From NCBI GenBank assembly GCA_002371715.1, contig DFGF01000068.1, positions 2,032 to 66,031 on the forward strand: a stretch of 64,000 nt of DNA. Direction: 5' to 3'. This document shows positions 56,601 through 64,000 of the stretch, piece by piece. Each line of letters starts with the position of its first letter. Positions within the stretch are counted from its first letter, which is position 1. The notes under the pieces are model-generated. The model ran no database searches, was not told where the DNA came from, and saw only the letters and a program-made list of their open reading frames with translations. This DNA comes from Prevotella sp. UBA3757 (GTDB lineage: Bacteria; Bacteroidota; Bacteroidia; Bacteroidales; Bacteroidaceae). The translations under genes were made by a program, and so were the position numbers.

Positions 56601-57126
56601 CTTTGGCAAGCTGGGCGACGAGAACATCAGCCGCAATGCCTTTGCTACCTATTCTGTGAAGTCGCAGATTGACGATATGCACAGTCGTGGCTGGTACGAT
56701 AATCTGGCCACTACGGGTAAGTTACACGACGTGCCTTGGGCAGAATTCATCTTTGATGCTGCCTATAGTGACTATGTCGATGTCTACGAGGGCGGCTATG
56801 GCTATACGCGCGGTATTTATCGCCCCGAGGCTAACTCTTGCATGAACTATGGCATACCTTATTATAATACACCTTCACGCCTGTCCATCTATAAACGCAT
56901 CAAGCAGTATGCTGGTGAGAGCTGGACGATGGAGGAGTTTCGAGCCCAGGATACCTTCGAATGGGGACCGACGGAAGTCACGCGTTCAGCGGCGCATCAG
57001 ACTGACAACCTGACGCCGATAACCAGTGGTAATCATCATGCTCCTACGCTTGTCCGTTTCCGTGAGACAAGTGACAAGGTTCGTGCAATTCGGGAAAGAC
57101 TAAAGAATGAAAGAAATAAAAGATGA
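53680..57126 (+). CDS. Lipoprotein: Mfa-like fimbrillin + LRR + BACON + M64-like metallopeptidase
   Basis: Lipobox LASC; VTR^A; GDEMGVF, FYGYYP, SDLLW; LRRs; IVFVGDGW, EPYRSMREYFNV, HEAGGHGFGKLGDE and YEGG...GIYRPEANSCM. Confidence 0.8.
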   Translation: MKSYTILYYLALPLLLLASCAEEITDSTTADKKNAQPIRLVSAYPGVVTRATIDGGFSVGDEMGVFVVDRNAEGEVGEMALRGNRASNMRFTLNDDGTWASPTQLYWSEKGNSADFYGYYPFDGNLSSVTAYPFTIAEKQDETLRSSGMSGYIASDLLWARQQNVKPTAETVTLQYRHLMAGITLRLEMGTGFTAEEWAQLEKKVFLCNTILSGTVNLQEGTVQAGDSDAGLITPLPHGGAASYRAVVFPQTVAAGKALVSVMIDGRDYFLKKNEPMVYLSGKMHQFTVTVNRSTATGDYTLSLDDESITPWVDDPDLHEGLVRQYLVVGLSEAGTLAAKLAEMGKNPADLLALKIVGPVNGSDYQTINLMKKLTHLNLIKAIPEGERLYGIEWIPLEKVFFPEKGLKYLDGFNETHLRGSLVIPEGVEEVGGFWGNDFSGTLTLPSTLKVMRMLIDPFKGDIAIPDQIEVWEPTGFGGTKLTGTLNLPSTLKKLKYVPSGLTGTISIPQGCELTDIGTFSGSQCTALILPEGMTDILHTTFLNSEIRGEVLLPSTITHIGPSAFAGSKISKITFPDALRQMDDGGYNFEGIFADCSRLSGTIRLPKNVARIPKGCFLHCSMLEGLVIPAGTAILDELCFAGCNNLNSIVCEGEEPPFVVDGAFEGVPKDNFTVEVPAGCVEKYRNAIGWSEFKRIAEYSNFVCRPAQAQALNTAHSEQLTLNADGNWTVASKPDWVTLSATTGTGKTPITLTFQPLAKGAGNRTGEVVFQMVHEGKTVSTACTVSQFDYQYDEDYCHTLQTHSKGRGIDIVFVGDGWDGASISDGSYLNLIKYQAECFFAIEPYRSMREYFNVYVTFPLSQEKGVNTMSHYVNNRFGTLQGWSSLIQGSQADCTSTQLIMETYEVEQYVASKTPVEQDNLWRTLVIAVPNTTDYEGNTVFNIGGMAISICPPSEQAYPRDTRGTIQHEAGGHGFGKLGDENISRNAFATYSVKSQIDDMHSRGWYDNLATTGKLHDVPWAEFIFDAAYSDYVDVYEGGYGYTRGIYRPEANSCMNYGIPYYNTPSRLSIYKRIKQYAGESWTMEEFRAQDTFEWGPTEVTRSAAHQTDNLTPITSGNHHAPTLVRFRETSDKVRAIRERLKNERNKR

Positions 57127-57989
57127 ATGATATGAAGAAAATTGGACTATTAGCTGTCGCAGTACTGATGATGGCTGCGTGCAGCAATGACGAGACAAGT
57201 GAACAGGGCTATAAGGCTGACAATGGAGAGATGCTGTTCCAATTCGTTTATCCGGGCGTGACGCGTGCCACGGACACGAATTTTGAAAACACCGACAAGA
57301 TTGGTGTCTATGTGACGGCAAAGGATGAGCCGTTGCAGATTGGCGGCAATGAGGTGAACAACGAGCTGTTTACCTATAACGGGTCGTCGTGGACGTCAAG
57401 CCGCAAAGTATATTGGAACACGGGCAGCCACGACGTGTACGCCTATTATCCTTATTCAAAAACGGTGAACGACATCAGCGATTACGCGTTCCAAGTACAG
57501 GCCGACCAGAGCACGGCGGCGGGCTATACGGCCAGCGATTTCCTGTGGGCAGGCAAAAAAGGCGTAGCGGCTTCGGCCTCGCCCGTCACCATGACCTTTG
57601 CCCATAAGCTGTCGAACGTGGTGGTGAAACTGGAGAAGGGGGAGAACTATACAGGCGACATTCCTGCTTCGACGGAGGTGTATGTTCACTCGACGGTGAC
57701 AAAAGCGGTTATTGACCTCTCTACAGGCGATGCCGCCAAGGATAATTATGCAGGTACAGGGTCGGTGCGCTGTCGTCAGAAGTCGGCCACTGAGTATGTC
57801 GCTTGCGTGGTGCCGCAGAACATCACGACGCGCCGCCCGCTGGTGGAGGTTATCAGTGGCGGGGTGAGCTACTTGATGGAGGGTAAGATTTCGCTGAAGC
57901 CCGGCATGCGCCATACCATCACCGTGACGCTGGATAAGAATCCTGAGCAGACCAAGATTGACATCGGTGGCAGCATCGAGGGATGGTAA
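57123..57989 (+). CDS. Stand-alone fimbrillin (Mfa-like type V pilin) lipoprotein
   Basis: Lipobox MAAC; VTR^A; DKIGVY, VYAYYPY, SDFLWA, FAHKLS and VVPQ; ends GGSIEGW. The start could be 57132. Confidence 0.85.
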   Translation: MNDMKKIGLLAVAVLMMAACSNDETSEQGYKADNGEMLFQFVYPGVTRATDTNFENTDKIGVYVTAKDEPLQIGGNEVNNELFTYNGSSWTSSRKVYWNTGSHDVYAYYPYSKTVNDISDYAFQVQADQSTAAGYTASDFLWAGKKGVAASASPVTMTFAHKLSNVVVKLEKGENYTGDIPASTEVYVHSTVTKAVIDLSTGDAAKDNYAGTGSVRCRQKSATEYVACVVPQNITTRRPLVEVISGGVSYLMEGKISLKPGMRHTITVTLDKNPEQTKIDIGGSIEGW

Positions 57990-57997
57990 TTTCTTAA

Positions 57998-58028
57998 GTG
58001 AAGAATGAAGAATGAAGAGTGAAGAATG
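57998..58028 (+). repeat. Heptad array (RTGAAGA x4), intergenic
   Basis: gtgaaga atgaaga atgaaga gtgaaga atg. Confidence 0.85.
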
Positions 58029-58065
58029 CAACGCCATACTCTCAAAAAGAGAATTTGCTACCGCC

Positions 58066-58965
58066 ATGAATAAGGCGATAATTGGTTGCTGGCTTTTGGC
58101 CATAGGACTTACGGCATGCAGCAGTGATGATGCCGGAAGCTCGCAGGAATCTGACGTGCCGCCAGTGGAGAACCGTCAGACCGTAGATATTGTGACGCGC
58201 TCTGAGGGTGATGGCATCAGCGGAAGTGGTTTGAAGGCTGGCCTTTATATGGTGAACTATGCCGACGAACAGCAGATGCCGCTGCTGGCAAGCGGCAACT
58301 ATGTCAACAATCTGCTGATGAACCATAGTGATGGGGCATGGCAGCCGACTACGCCCATCTACTGGCAGAACAGCAATGTGAATGCCGACTTCTATGCCTA
58401 TGCTCCTTATGCCGCAGAGGTGAGTGATGCCAGGGCTATGATGTTTCGTGTAGCTACTGACCAGACGTCAGATGATGCGTATAATAAAAGCGACCTGCTT
58501 TGGGGAGCTGTCCAGGGGCAGTCGCCATTGGCCGGAAAATTCAACCTGATGTTGAACCATGTGCTGAGCAGTTTGACGATTGTTGTGGTCCCTGGTGCTG
58601 GATTCAGTGAAGGTGAACTGACTACTAATGATGTTTCTGTTAGCATCGGAGGAAGCAAGACACTTGGGACAATAGACCTGCAAACCGGCATAGTTACTGC
58701 TACCGGTGAAGTGGCTGACGTTAAATGCCGAAGCAATAGCGACCTGACTTATTCTGCTATTCTGCTGCCTCAACAGATAGCATTCGCTAATTTGGTGAAG
58801 GTTGACTGGAACGGCAATAGCTATACACTTCAGAATTCCTTCAAACTGGAAGCTAAGAAGCAATACCGGCTGACAATCAAATTAAACAAAACGCAGGGTG
58901 GACTGGACATTGGTATCAGTGGCTGGGATATCATCGACGAGGACTTTGGTGGTACTGTCGGATAA
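58066..58965 (+). CDS. Stand-alone fimbrillin (Mfa-like type V pilin) lipoprotein
   Basis: Lipobox LTAC; VTR^S; FYAYAPY, SDLLWG, LNHVLS, AILLPQ and ISGW. Start set at 58066 because the ATG at 58012 lies within the heptad array. Confidence 0.82.
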   Translation: MNKAIIGCWLLAIGLTACSSDDAGSSQESDVPPVENRQTVDIVTRSEGDGISGSGLKAGLYMVNYADEQQMPLLASGNYVNNLLMNHSDGAWQPTTPIYWQNSNVNADFYAYAPYAAEVSDARAMMFRVATDQTSDDAYNKSDLLWGAVQGQSPLAGKFNLMLNHVLSSLTIVVVPGAGFSEGELTTNDVSVSIGGSKTLGTIDLQTGIVTATGEVADVKCRSNSDLTYSAILLPQQIAFANLVKVDWNGNSYTLQNSFKLEAKKQYRLTIKLNKTQGGLDIGISGWDIIDEDFGGTVG

Positions 58966-59000
58966 TAACAACGAATTTCACGAACGAAACGAATTAGCAA

Positions 59001-62000
59001 ATGAAACGAATAATATGGGTTTTAATGTTCTTGTGCTTTGCTATGGTTGTTCCTGTCATGGCACAGACAGACGTGGAAGTGACCGATAGCACATCAGGCG
59101 AATGGGGTGGTGGACAGGGCGGCGACCTTGACCCTAACCATCCCGCTATCAAGATTACTGCCAAGAGCTACACCCGCGTCTATGGTGAAGCCAATCCGAC
59201 GTTCGAGTTTACCTCTGAGGGTGCAACGCTTGTTGGTGTGCCTGAAATCACCTGCGAGGCCACGGCCACATCGCCCGTTGGCACTTACCCGATTGTCATC
59301 AAGAAGGGTACGGTGACGAACTACAACGACACGTATGTCAATGGCACGCTGACCATCACCAAGGCCCCGCTGTCTGTCAAGGCAGGTACATACACCAAGA
59401 AACAAGGTGAGGAGAATCCTGCATTTACATTAAGCTACGATGGCTGGAAAAACAACGAAACTGAGGCTGTACTGACAAAGAAGCCTGTGGCAACGACGAC
59501 TGCCACGAAGGAGAGCGCACCAGGCGAATATCCCGTAACAGTCAGCGGTGGCGAGGCTCAGAACTATGAGCTGTCGTACACCCCTGGCAAGCTGATTGTG
59601 ACGGACGCCGATGCCGTGGTCGTGACTGCGAAGAGCTATACCCGCGTCTATGGCGATGCCAATCCAACTTTTGAGTACGAAGTCAGCGGTACAACGCTCA
59701 TGGGTGTTCCTGAAATCACCTGCGAAGCCACTCCCACTTCGCCCGTCGGCACTTACCCAATTATTATTAAGAAGGGTACGGTGACGAACTACAACGACAC
59801 GTATGTCAACGGCGTGCTGACCATCACCAAGGCTCCGCTGACTGTCAAGGCAGGGACATACACCAAGAAGCAGGGCGAGGATAATCCAGCATTTACGCTG
59901 ACTTACGACGGCTGGAAGAACAGTGAGACCGAGGCCGTACTGACGAAGAAACCGATGGCCACGACGACAGCCACGAAGGAGAGTGCACCTGGCGAGTATC
60001 CTGTAACAGTCAGCGGTGGCGAGGCTCAGAACTATGAGCTGTCGTACACCCATGGCAAGCTGATTGTGACGGACGCCGATGCCGTGGTCGTGACGGCTAA
60101 GAGTTATATCCGTGTCTATGGCGATGCCAATCCGACATTTGAATACGAAGTGAGTGGCACAGCGTTAGTCGGTGTGCCAGAGATTACCTGCGAGGCCACT
60201 GCAACGTCGCCCGTCGGTACTTACCCGATTGTCATCAAGAAGGGCTCGGTGACGAACTACAACGACACGTATGTCAACGGCACACTGACCATCACCAAGG
60301 CTCCGCTGGCAGTCAAGGCCGGCACATACACGAAGAAGCAGGGTGAGGAGAATCCTGCGTTTACGCTGACGTACGACGGTTGGAAAAACAACGAGACGGA
60401 GGCTGTACTGACGAAGAAGCCGACGGCAACGACGACAGCCACGAAGGAGAGTGCCCCGGGCGAATATCCCGTGACGATTTCTGGTGGCGAGGCTCAGAAC
60501 TACGAGCTGTCGTACACTCCTGGCAAGCTCATCGTGACGGATGCCGATGCCGTGGTGATTACCGCCAAGAGCTACACCCGCGTCTATGGCGATGCCAATC
60601 CGGCATTTGAATACGAAGTCAGCGGTACAACGCTCGTGGGTGTTCCTGAGATTACTTGTGAGGCCACGGCCACATCGCCCGTCGGCACCTATCCGATTGT
60701 CATCAAGAAAGGTACGGTGACGAACTACAACGACACCTACGTCAATGGCACGCTGACCATTACCAAGGCTCCGCTGGCAGTCAAGGCTGGTACTTATACT
60801 AAGAAGCAGGGTGAGGAGAATCCTGCATTTACGCTAACGTACGATGGCTGGAAGAACAACGAGACCGAGGCTGTACTAACCAAGAAGCCCGTGGCAACGA
60901 CGACGGCTACGAAGGAGAGCGCACCGGGCGAATATCCTGTGACGGTCAGCGGTGGCGAGGCTCAGAACTATGAGCTGTCGTACACCAACGGTAAACTGAT
61001 TGTGACGGATGCTGATGCCGTGGTTGTGACCGCTAAGAGTTACACCCGCGTCTATGGCGATGCCAATCCAACGTTCGAGTTTACCTCTGAGGGTGCAACG
61101 TTAGTTGGTTCGCCCGAGATAACCTGCGAGGCCACGGCAACGTCGCCCGTCGGTACTTACCCGATTGTCATCAAGAAAGGTAGCGTGACGAACTACAACG
61201 ACACGTATGTCAACGGCGTGCTGACCATCACCAAGGCTCCGCTGACTGTCAAGGCAGGGACATACACCAAGAAGCAGGGTGATGATAATCCAGCATTTAC
61301 GCTGACGTACGATGGCTGGAAGAACAATGAGACCGAGGCCGTACTGACGAAAAAGCCTGTGGCCACGACGACTGCCACAAAGGAAAGCGCACCAGGCGAG
61401 TATCCCGTAACCGTCAGCGGTGGCGAGGCCCAGAACTATGAGTTGTCGTACACTAATGGCAAGCTGATAGTAACCGATGCCGATGCCGTGGTTGTGACCG
61501 CTAAGAGTTACACCCGCGTCTATGGCGATGCCAATCCAACGTTCGAGTTTACCTCTGAGGGTGCAACGTTAGTTGGTTCGCCCGAGATAACCTGCGAGGC
61601 CACGGCAACGTCGCCCGTCGGTACTTACCCGATAGTCATCAAGAAAGGTAGCGTGACGAACTACAACGACACGTATGTCAATGGCACACTGACCATCACC
61701 AAGGCTCCGCTGTCAGTCAAGGCCGGCACATACACCAAGAAGCAGGGCGAGGATAATCCAGCATTTACGCTGACTTACGATGGCTGGAAGAACAGTGAGA
61801 CCGAGGCCGTACTGACGAAGAAACCGATGGCCACGACGACAGCCACGAAGGAGAGCGCACCTGGCGAATATCCCGTAACAGTCGGCGGTGGCGAGGCCCA
61901 GAACTATGAGCTGTCGTACACCCATGGCAAGCTGATTGTGACGGACGCCGATGCCGTGGTCGTGACCGCCAAGAGCTACACCCGCGTCTATGGCGATGCC

Positions 62001-64000
62001 AATCCGACATTTGAGTTTACCTCTGAGGGTGCAACGCTCGTGGGCGTTCCTGAAATCACCTGTGAGGCCACTGCCACGTCGCCCGTCGGCACTTACCCGA
62101 TCATCATCAAGAAGGGCACGGTGACGAACTACAACGACACGTATGTCAATGGCACACTGACCATTACCAAGGCCCCGCTGGCAGTCAAGGCCGGCACATA
62201 CACCAAGAAGCAGGGCGAGGATAATCCAGCATTTACGCTGACGTACGATGGCTGGAAGAACGGTGAGACCGAGGCCGTACTGACGAAGAAACCGATGGCC
62301 ACGACGACAGCCACGAAGGAGAGTGCGCCTGGCGAGTATCCCGTAACAGTCAGCGGTGGCGAGGCCCAGAACTATGAGCTGTCGTACACCCATGGCAAGC
62401 TGATTGTGACGGACGCCGATGCCGTGGTCGTGACCGCGAAGAGCTATACCCGCGTCTATGGCGATGCCAACCCGACGTTTGAATACGAAGTGAGTGGTGC
62501 AACGCTCGTGGGTGTTCCTGAAATCACCTGCGAGGCCACGGCCACTTCGCCCGTCGGCACTTACCCGATAGTCATCAAGAAAGGCACGGTGACGAACTAC
62601 AACGACACGTATGTCAATGGCGTGCTGACCATCACCAAGGCTCCGTTGACAGTCAAGGCCGGCACATACACCAAGAAACAGGGTGAGGATAATCCAGCAT
62701 TTACGCTGACGTACGATGGCTGGAAGAACAATGAGACCGAGGCCGTACTGACGAAAAAGCCTGTGGCCACGACGACTGCCACAAAGGAAAGCGCACCAGG
62801 CGAATATCCTGTGACGGTAAGCGGTGGCGAGGCCCAGAACTACGAGCTGTCGTATACCCATGGCAAGCTTGTCGTGACGGATGCCGATGCTGTCGTGATT
62901 ACCGCCAAGAGCTACACCCGCGTCTATGGCGATGCCAATCCGGCATTCGAATATGAGGTCAGCGGCACAACGCTCGTGGGCGTTCCTGAAATCACCTGCG
63001 AGGCCACGGTCACATCGTCTGTCGGCACTTACCCGATAGTCATCAAGAAAGGTACGGTGACGAACTACAACGACACCTACGTCAATGGCACGCTGACCAT
63101 TACCAAGGCCCCGCTGGCAGTCAAGGCCGGCACGTACACGAAGAAACAGGGTGAGGAGAATCCAGCATTTACATTAACCTATGATGGCTGGAAGAACAGT
63201 GAGACCGAGGCCGTACTGACGAAGAAACCGACGGCCACGACGACAGCCACGAAGGAGAGTGCGCCTGGCGAGTATCCCGTAACCGTCAGCGGTGGCGAGG
63301 CTCAGAACTATGAGCTGTCGTACACTAATGGCAAGCTGATAGTAACCGATGCCGATGCCGTGGTGATTACCGCCAAGAGCTACACCCGCGTCTATGGCGA
63401 TGCCAATCCGACGTTCGAGTTTACCTCTGAGGGTGCAACGCTCGTGGGCGTTCCTGAAATCACCTGCGAGGCCACGGCCACATCGCCCGTCGGCACTTAC
63501 CCGATTGTCATCAAGAAGGGTACGGTGACAAACTACAATGACACGTATGTGAATGGTACGCTGACTATCACCAAGGCTCCGCTGTCTGTCAAGGCCGGCA
63601 CGTACACCAAGAAGCAGGGTGAGGATAATCCTGCATTTACGCTGACGTACGATGGCTGGAAGAACAATGAGACCGAGGCCGTACTGACGAAGAAGCCGAC
63701 GGCAACGACGACAGCCACGAAGGAGAGTGCCCCGGGCGAATATCCTGTGACCGTTTCTGGTGGCGAGGCCCAGAACTATGAGCTGTCGTACACCCATGGC
63801 AAGCTGATTGTGACGGACGCCGATGCCGTGGTGATTACCGCCAAGAGCTACACCCGCGTCTATGGCGATGCCAACCCGGCATTTGAATACGAAGTCAGCG
63901 GTACAACGCTCGTGGGTGTTCCTGAAATCACCTGCGAGGCCACGGCCACATCGCCCGTCGGTACTTACCCGATCATCATCAAGAAGGGTACGGTGACAAA
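59001..64000 (+). CDS. Giant secreted repetitive protein with tandem MBG-like (Ig-fold) domains; incomplete, runs off the window and is absent from the ORF track
   Basis: ATG at 59001, signal peptide MKRIIWVLMFLCFAMVVPVMA, then 156-aa units ITAKSYTRVYG.ANP...GTLTITKAPL.VKAGTYTKKQGE.NP...NYELSYT.GKLIVTDADA. No in-frame stop seen where I checked. Confidence 0.88.
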   Translation, partial: MKRIIWVLMFLCFAMVVPVMAQTDVEVTDSTSGEWGGGQGGDLDPNHPAIKITAKSYTRVYGEANPTFEFTSEGATLVGVPEITCEATATSPVGTYPIVIKKGTVTNYNDTYVNGTLTITKAPLSVKAGTYTKKQGEENPAFTLSYDGWKNNETEAVLTKKPVATTTATKESAPGEYPVTVSGGEAQNYELSYTPGKLIVTDADAVVVTAKSYTRVYGDANPTFEYEVSGTTLMGVPEITCEATPTSPVGTYPIIIKKGTVTNYNDTYVNGVLTITKAPLTVKAGTYTKKQGEDNPAFTLTYDGWKNSETEAVLTKKPMATTTATKESAPGEYPVTVSGGEAQNYELSYTHGKLIVTDADAVVVTAKSYIRVYGDANPTFEYEVSGTALVGVPEITCEATATSPVGTYPIVIKKGSVTNYNDTYVNGTLTITKAPLAVKAGTYTKKQGEENPAFTLTYDGWKNNETEAVLTKKPTATTTATKESAPGEYPVTISGGEAQNYELSYTPGKLIVTDADAVVITAKSYTRVYGDANPAFEYEVSGTTLVGVPEITCEATATSPVGTYPIVIKKGTVTNYNDTYVNGTLTITKAPLAVKAGTYTKKQGEENPAFTLTYDGWKNNETEAVLTKKPVATTTATKESAPGEYPVTVSGGEAQNYELSYTNGKLIVTDADAVVVTAKSYTRVYGDANPTFEFTSEGATLVGSPEITCEATATSPVGTYPIVIKKGSVTNYNDTYVNGVLTITKAPLTVKAGTYTKKQGDDNPAFTLTYDGWKNNETEAVLTKKPVATTTATKESAPGEYPVTVSGGEAQNYELSYTNGKLIVTDADAVVVTAKSYTRVYGDANPTFEFTSEGATLVGSPEITCEATATSPVGTYPIVIKKGSVTNYNDTYVNGTLTITKAPLSVKAGTYTKKQGEDNPAFTLTYDGWKNSETEAVLTKKPMATTTATKESAPGEYPVTVGGGEAQNYELSYTHGKLIVTDADAVVVTAKSYTRVYGDANPTFEFTSEGATLVGVPEITCEATATSPVGTYPIIIKKGTVTNYNDTYVNGTLTITKAPLAVKAGTYTKKQGEDNPAFTLTYDGWKNGETEAVLTKKPMATTTATKESAPGEYPVTVSGGEAQNYELSYTHGKLIVTDADAVVVTAKSYTRVYGDANPTFEYEVSGATLVGVPEITCEATATSPVGTYPIVIKKGTVTNYNDTYVNGVLTITKAPLTVKAGTYTKKQGEDNPAFTLTYDGWKNNETEAVLTKKPVATTTATKESAPGEYPVTVSGGEAQNYELSYTHGKLVVTDADAVVITAKSYTRVYGDANPAFEYEVSGTTLVGVPEITCEATVTSSVGTYPIVIKKGTVTNYNDTYVNGTLTITKAPLAVKAGTYTKKQGEENPAFTLTYDGWKNSETEAVLTKKPTATTTATKESAPGEYPVTVSGGEAQNYELSYTNGKLIVTDADAVVITAKSYTRVYGDANPTFEFTSEGATLVGVPEITCEATATSPVGTYPIVIKKGTVTNYNDTYVNGTLTITKAPLSVKAGTYTKKQGEDNPAFTLTYDGWKNNETEAVLTKKPTATTTATKESAPGEYPVTVSGGEAQNYELSYTHGKLIVTDADAVVITAKSYTRVYGDANPAFEYEVSGTTLVGVPEITCEATATSPVGTYPIIIKKGTVT
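59154..64000 (+). repeat. 468-bp tandem repeat, 10 complete units plus a partial 11th
   Basis: The aagagcta anchor occurs at 59163, 59631 ... 63843, an offset of exactly 10 x 468. Confidence 0.95.

Noticed and set aside
46585-58965. Diversity-generating retroelement targeting the pilins
   Set aside because: No reverse transcriptase and no template/variable repeat pair differing at adenines were seen in the window.
59094-63797. Recurrent short and minus-strand ORFs in the terminal repeat region
   Set aside because: They recur with the 468-bp period and are by-products of the real plus-strand ORF starting at 59001.
32420-64000. Surface-protein island as a prophage, ICE or transposon
   Set aside because: No integrase, transposase, relaxase, conjugation or phage genes, and no tRNA or att site, were recognised in the window.

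Overview
Chromosomal window from a Bacteroidota genome, very probably a Prevotella-type Bacteroidales, judged from TAnnTTTG promoters, Fkp, the MurF-Alr fusion, type V pilins and T9SS-like tails. 1-20 kb holds housekeeping and sugar-salvage genes: YfhO-family protein, divergent fucP and fkp, GSCFA protein, MurF-Alr, an orphan GatC-like IIC/kduI/exuT operon, a truncated class II ribonucleotide reductase derivative, folB, amidase, MCE protein, dnaA and an aldo-keto reductase. 20-32 kb is a divergent rhamnogalacturonan/pectin enzyme cluster (GH106, GH105, GH2, GH28, CE12, rhaM, GH2-like) with no SusC/D in the window. 32-64 kb is a surface-protein island. It starts with an LRR-dockerin protein and a 2831-aa cohesin-bearing protein with a Cys-rich core, followed by a small patch of gene remnants. 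Next comes a promoter with a ~220-nt structured leader ahead of a type V pilus-like operon: three pilin-LRR-BACON-M64-like peptidase fusions (one with a degenerate active site) and two stand-alone pilins. It ends in a giant MBG-repeat protein (468-bp unit, 10 full copies plus a partial one) that runs off the window and is absent from the ORF track. Degenerate 7-9-bp tandem arrays recur throughout: at gene junctions, in frame inside genes, as inverted pairs, inside signal peptides, and around a REP-like palindromic element. All family assignments come from motif recognition by eye; no searches were run.
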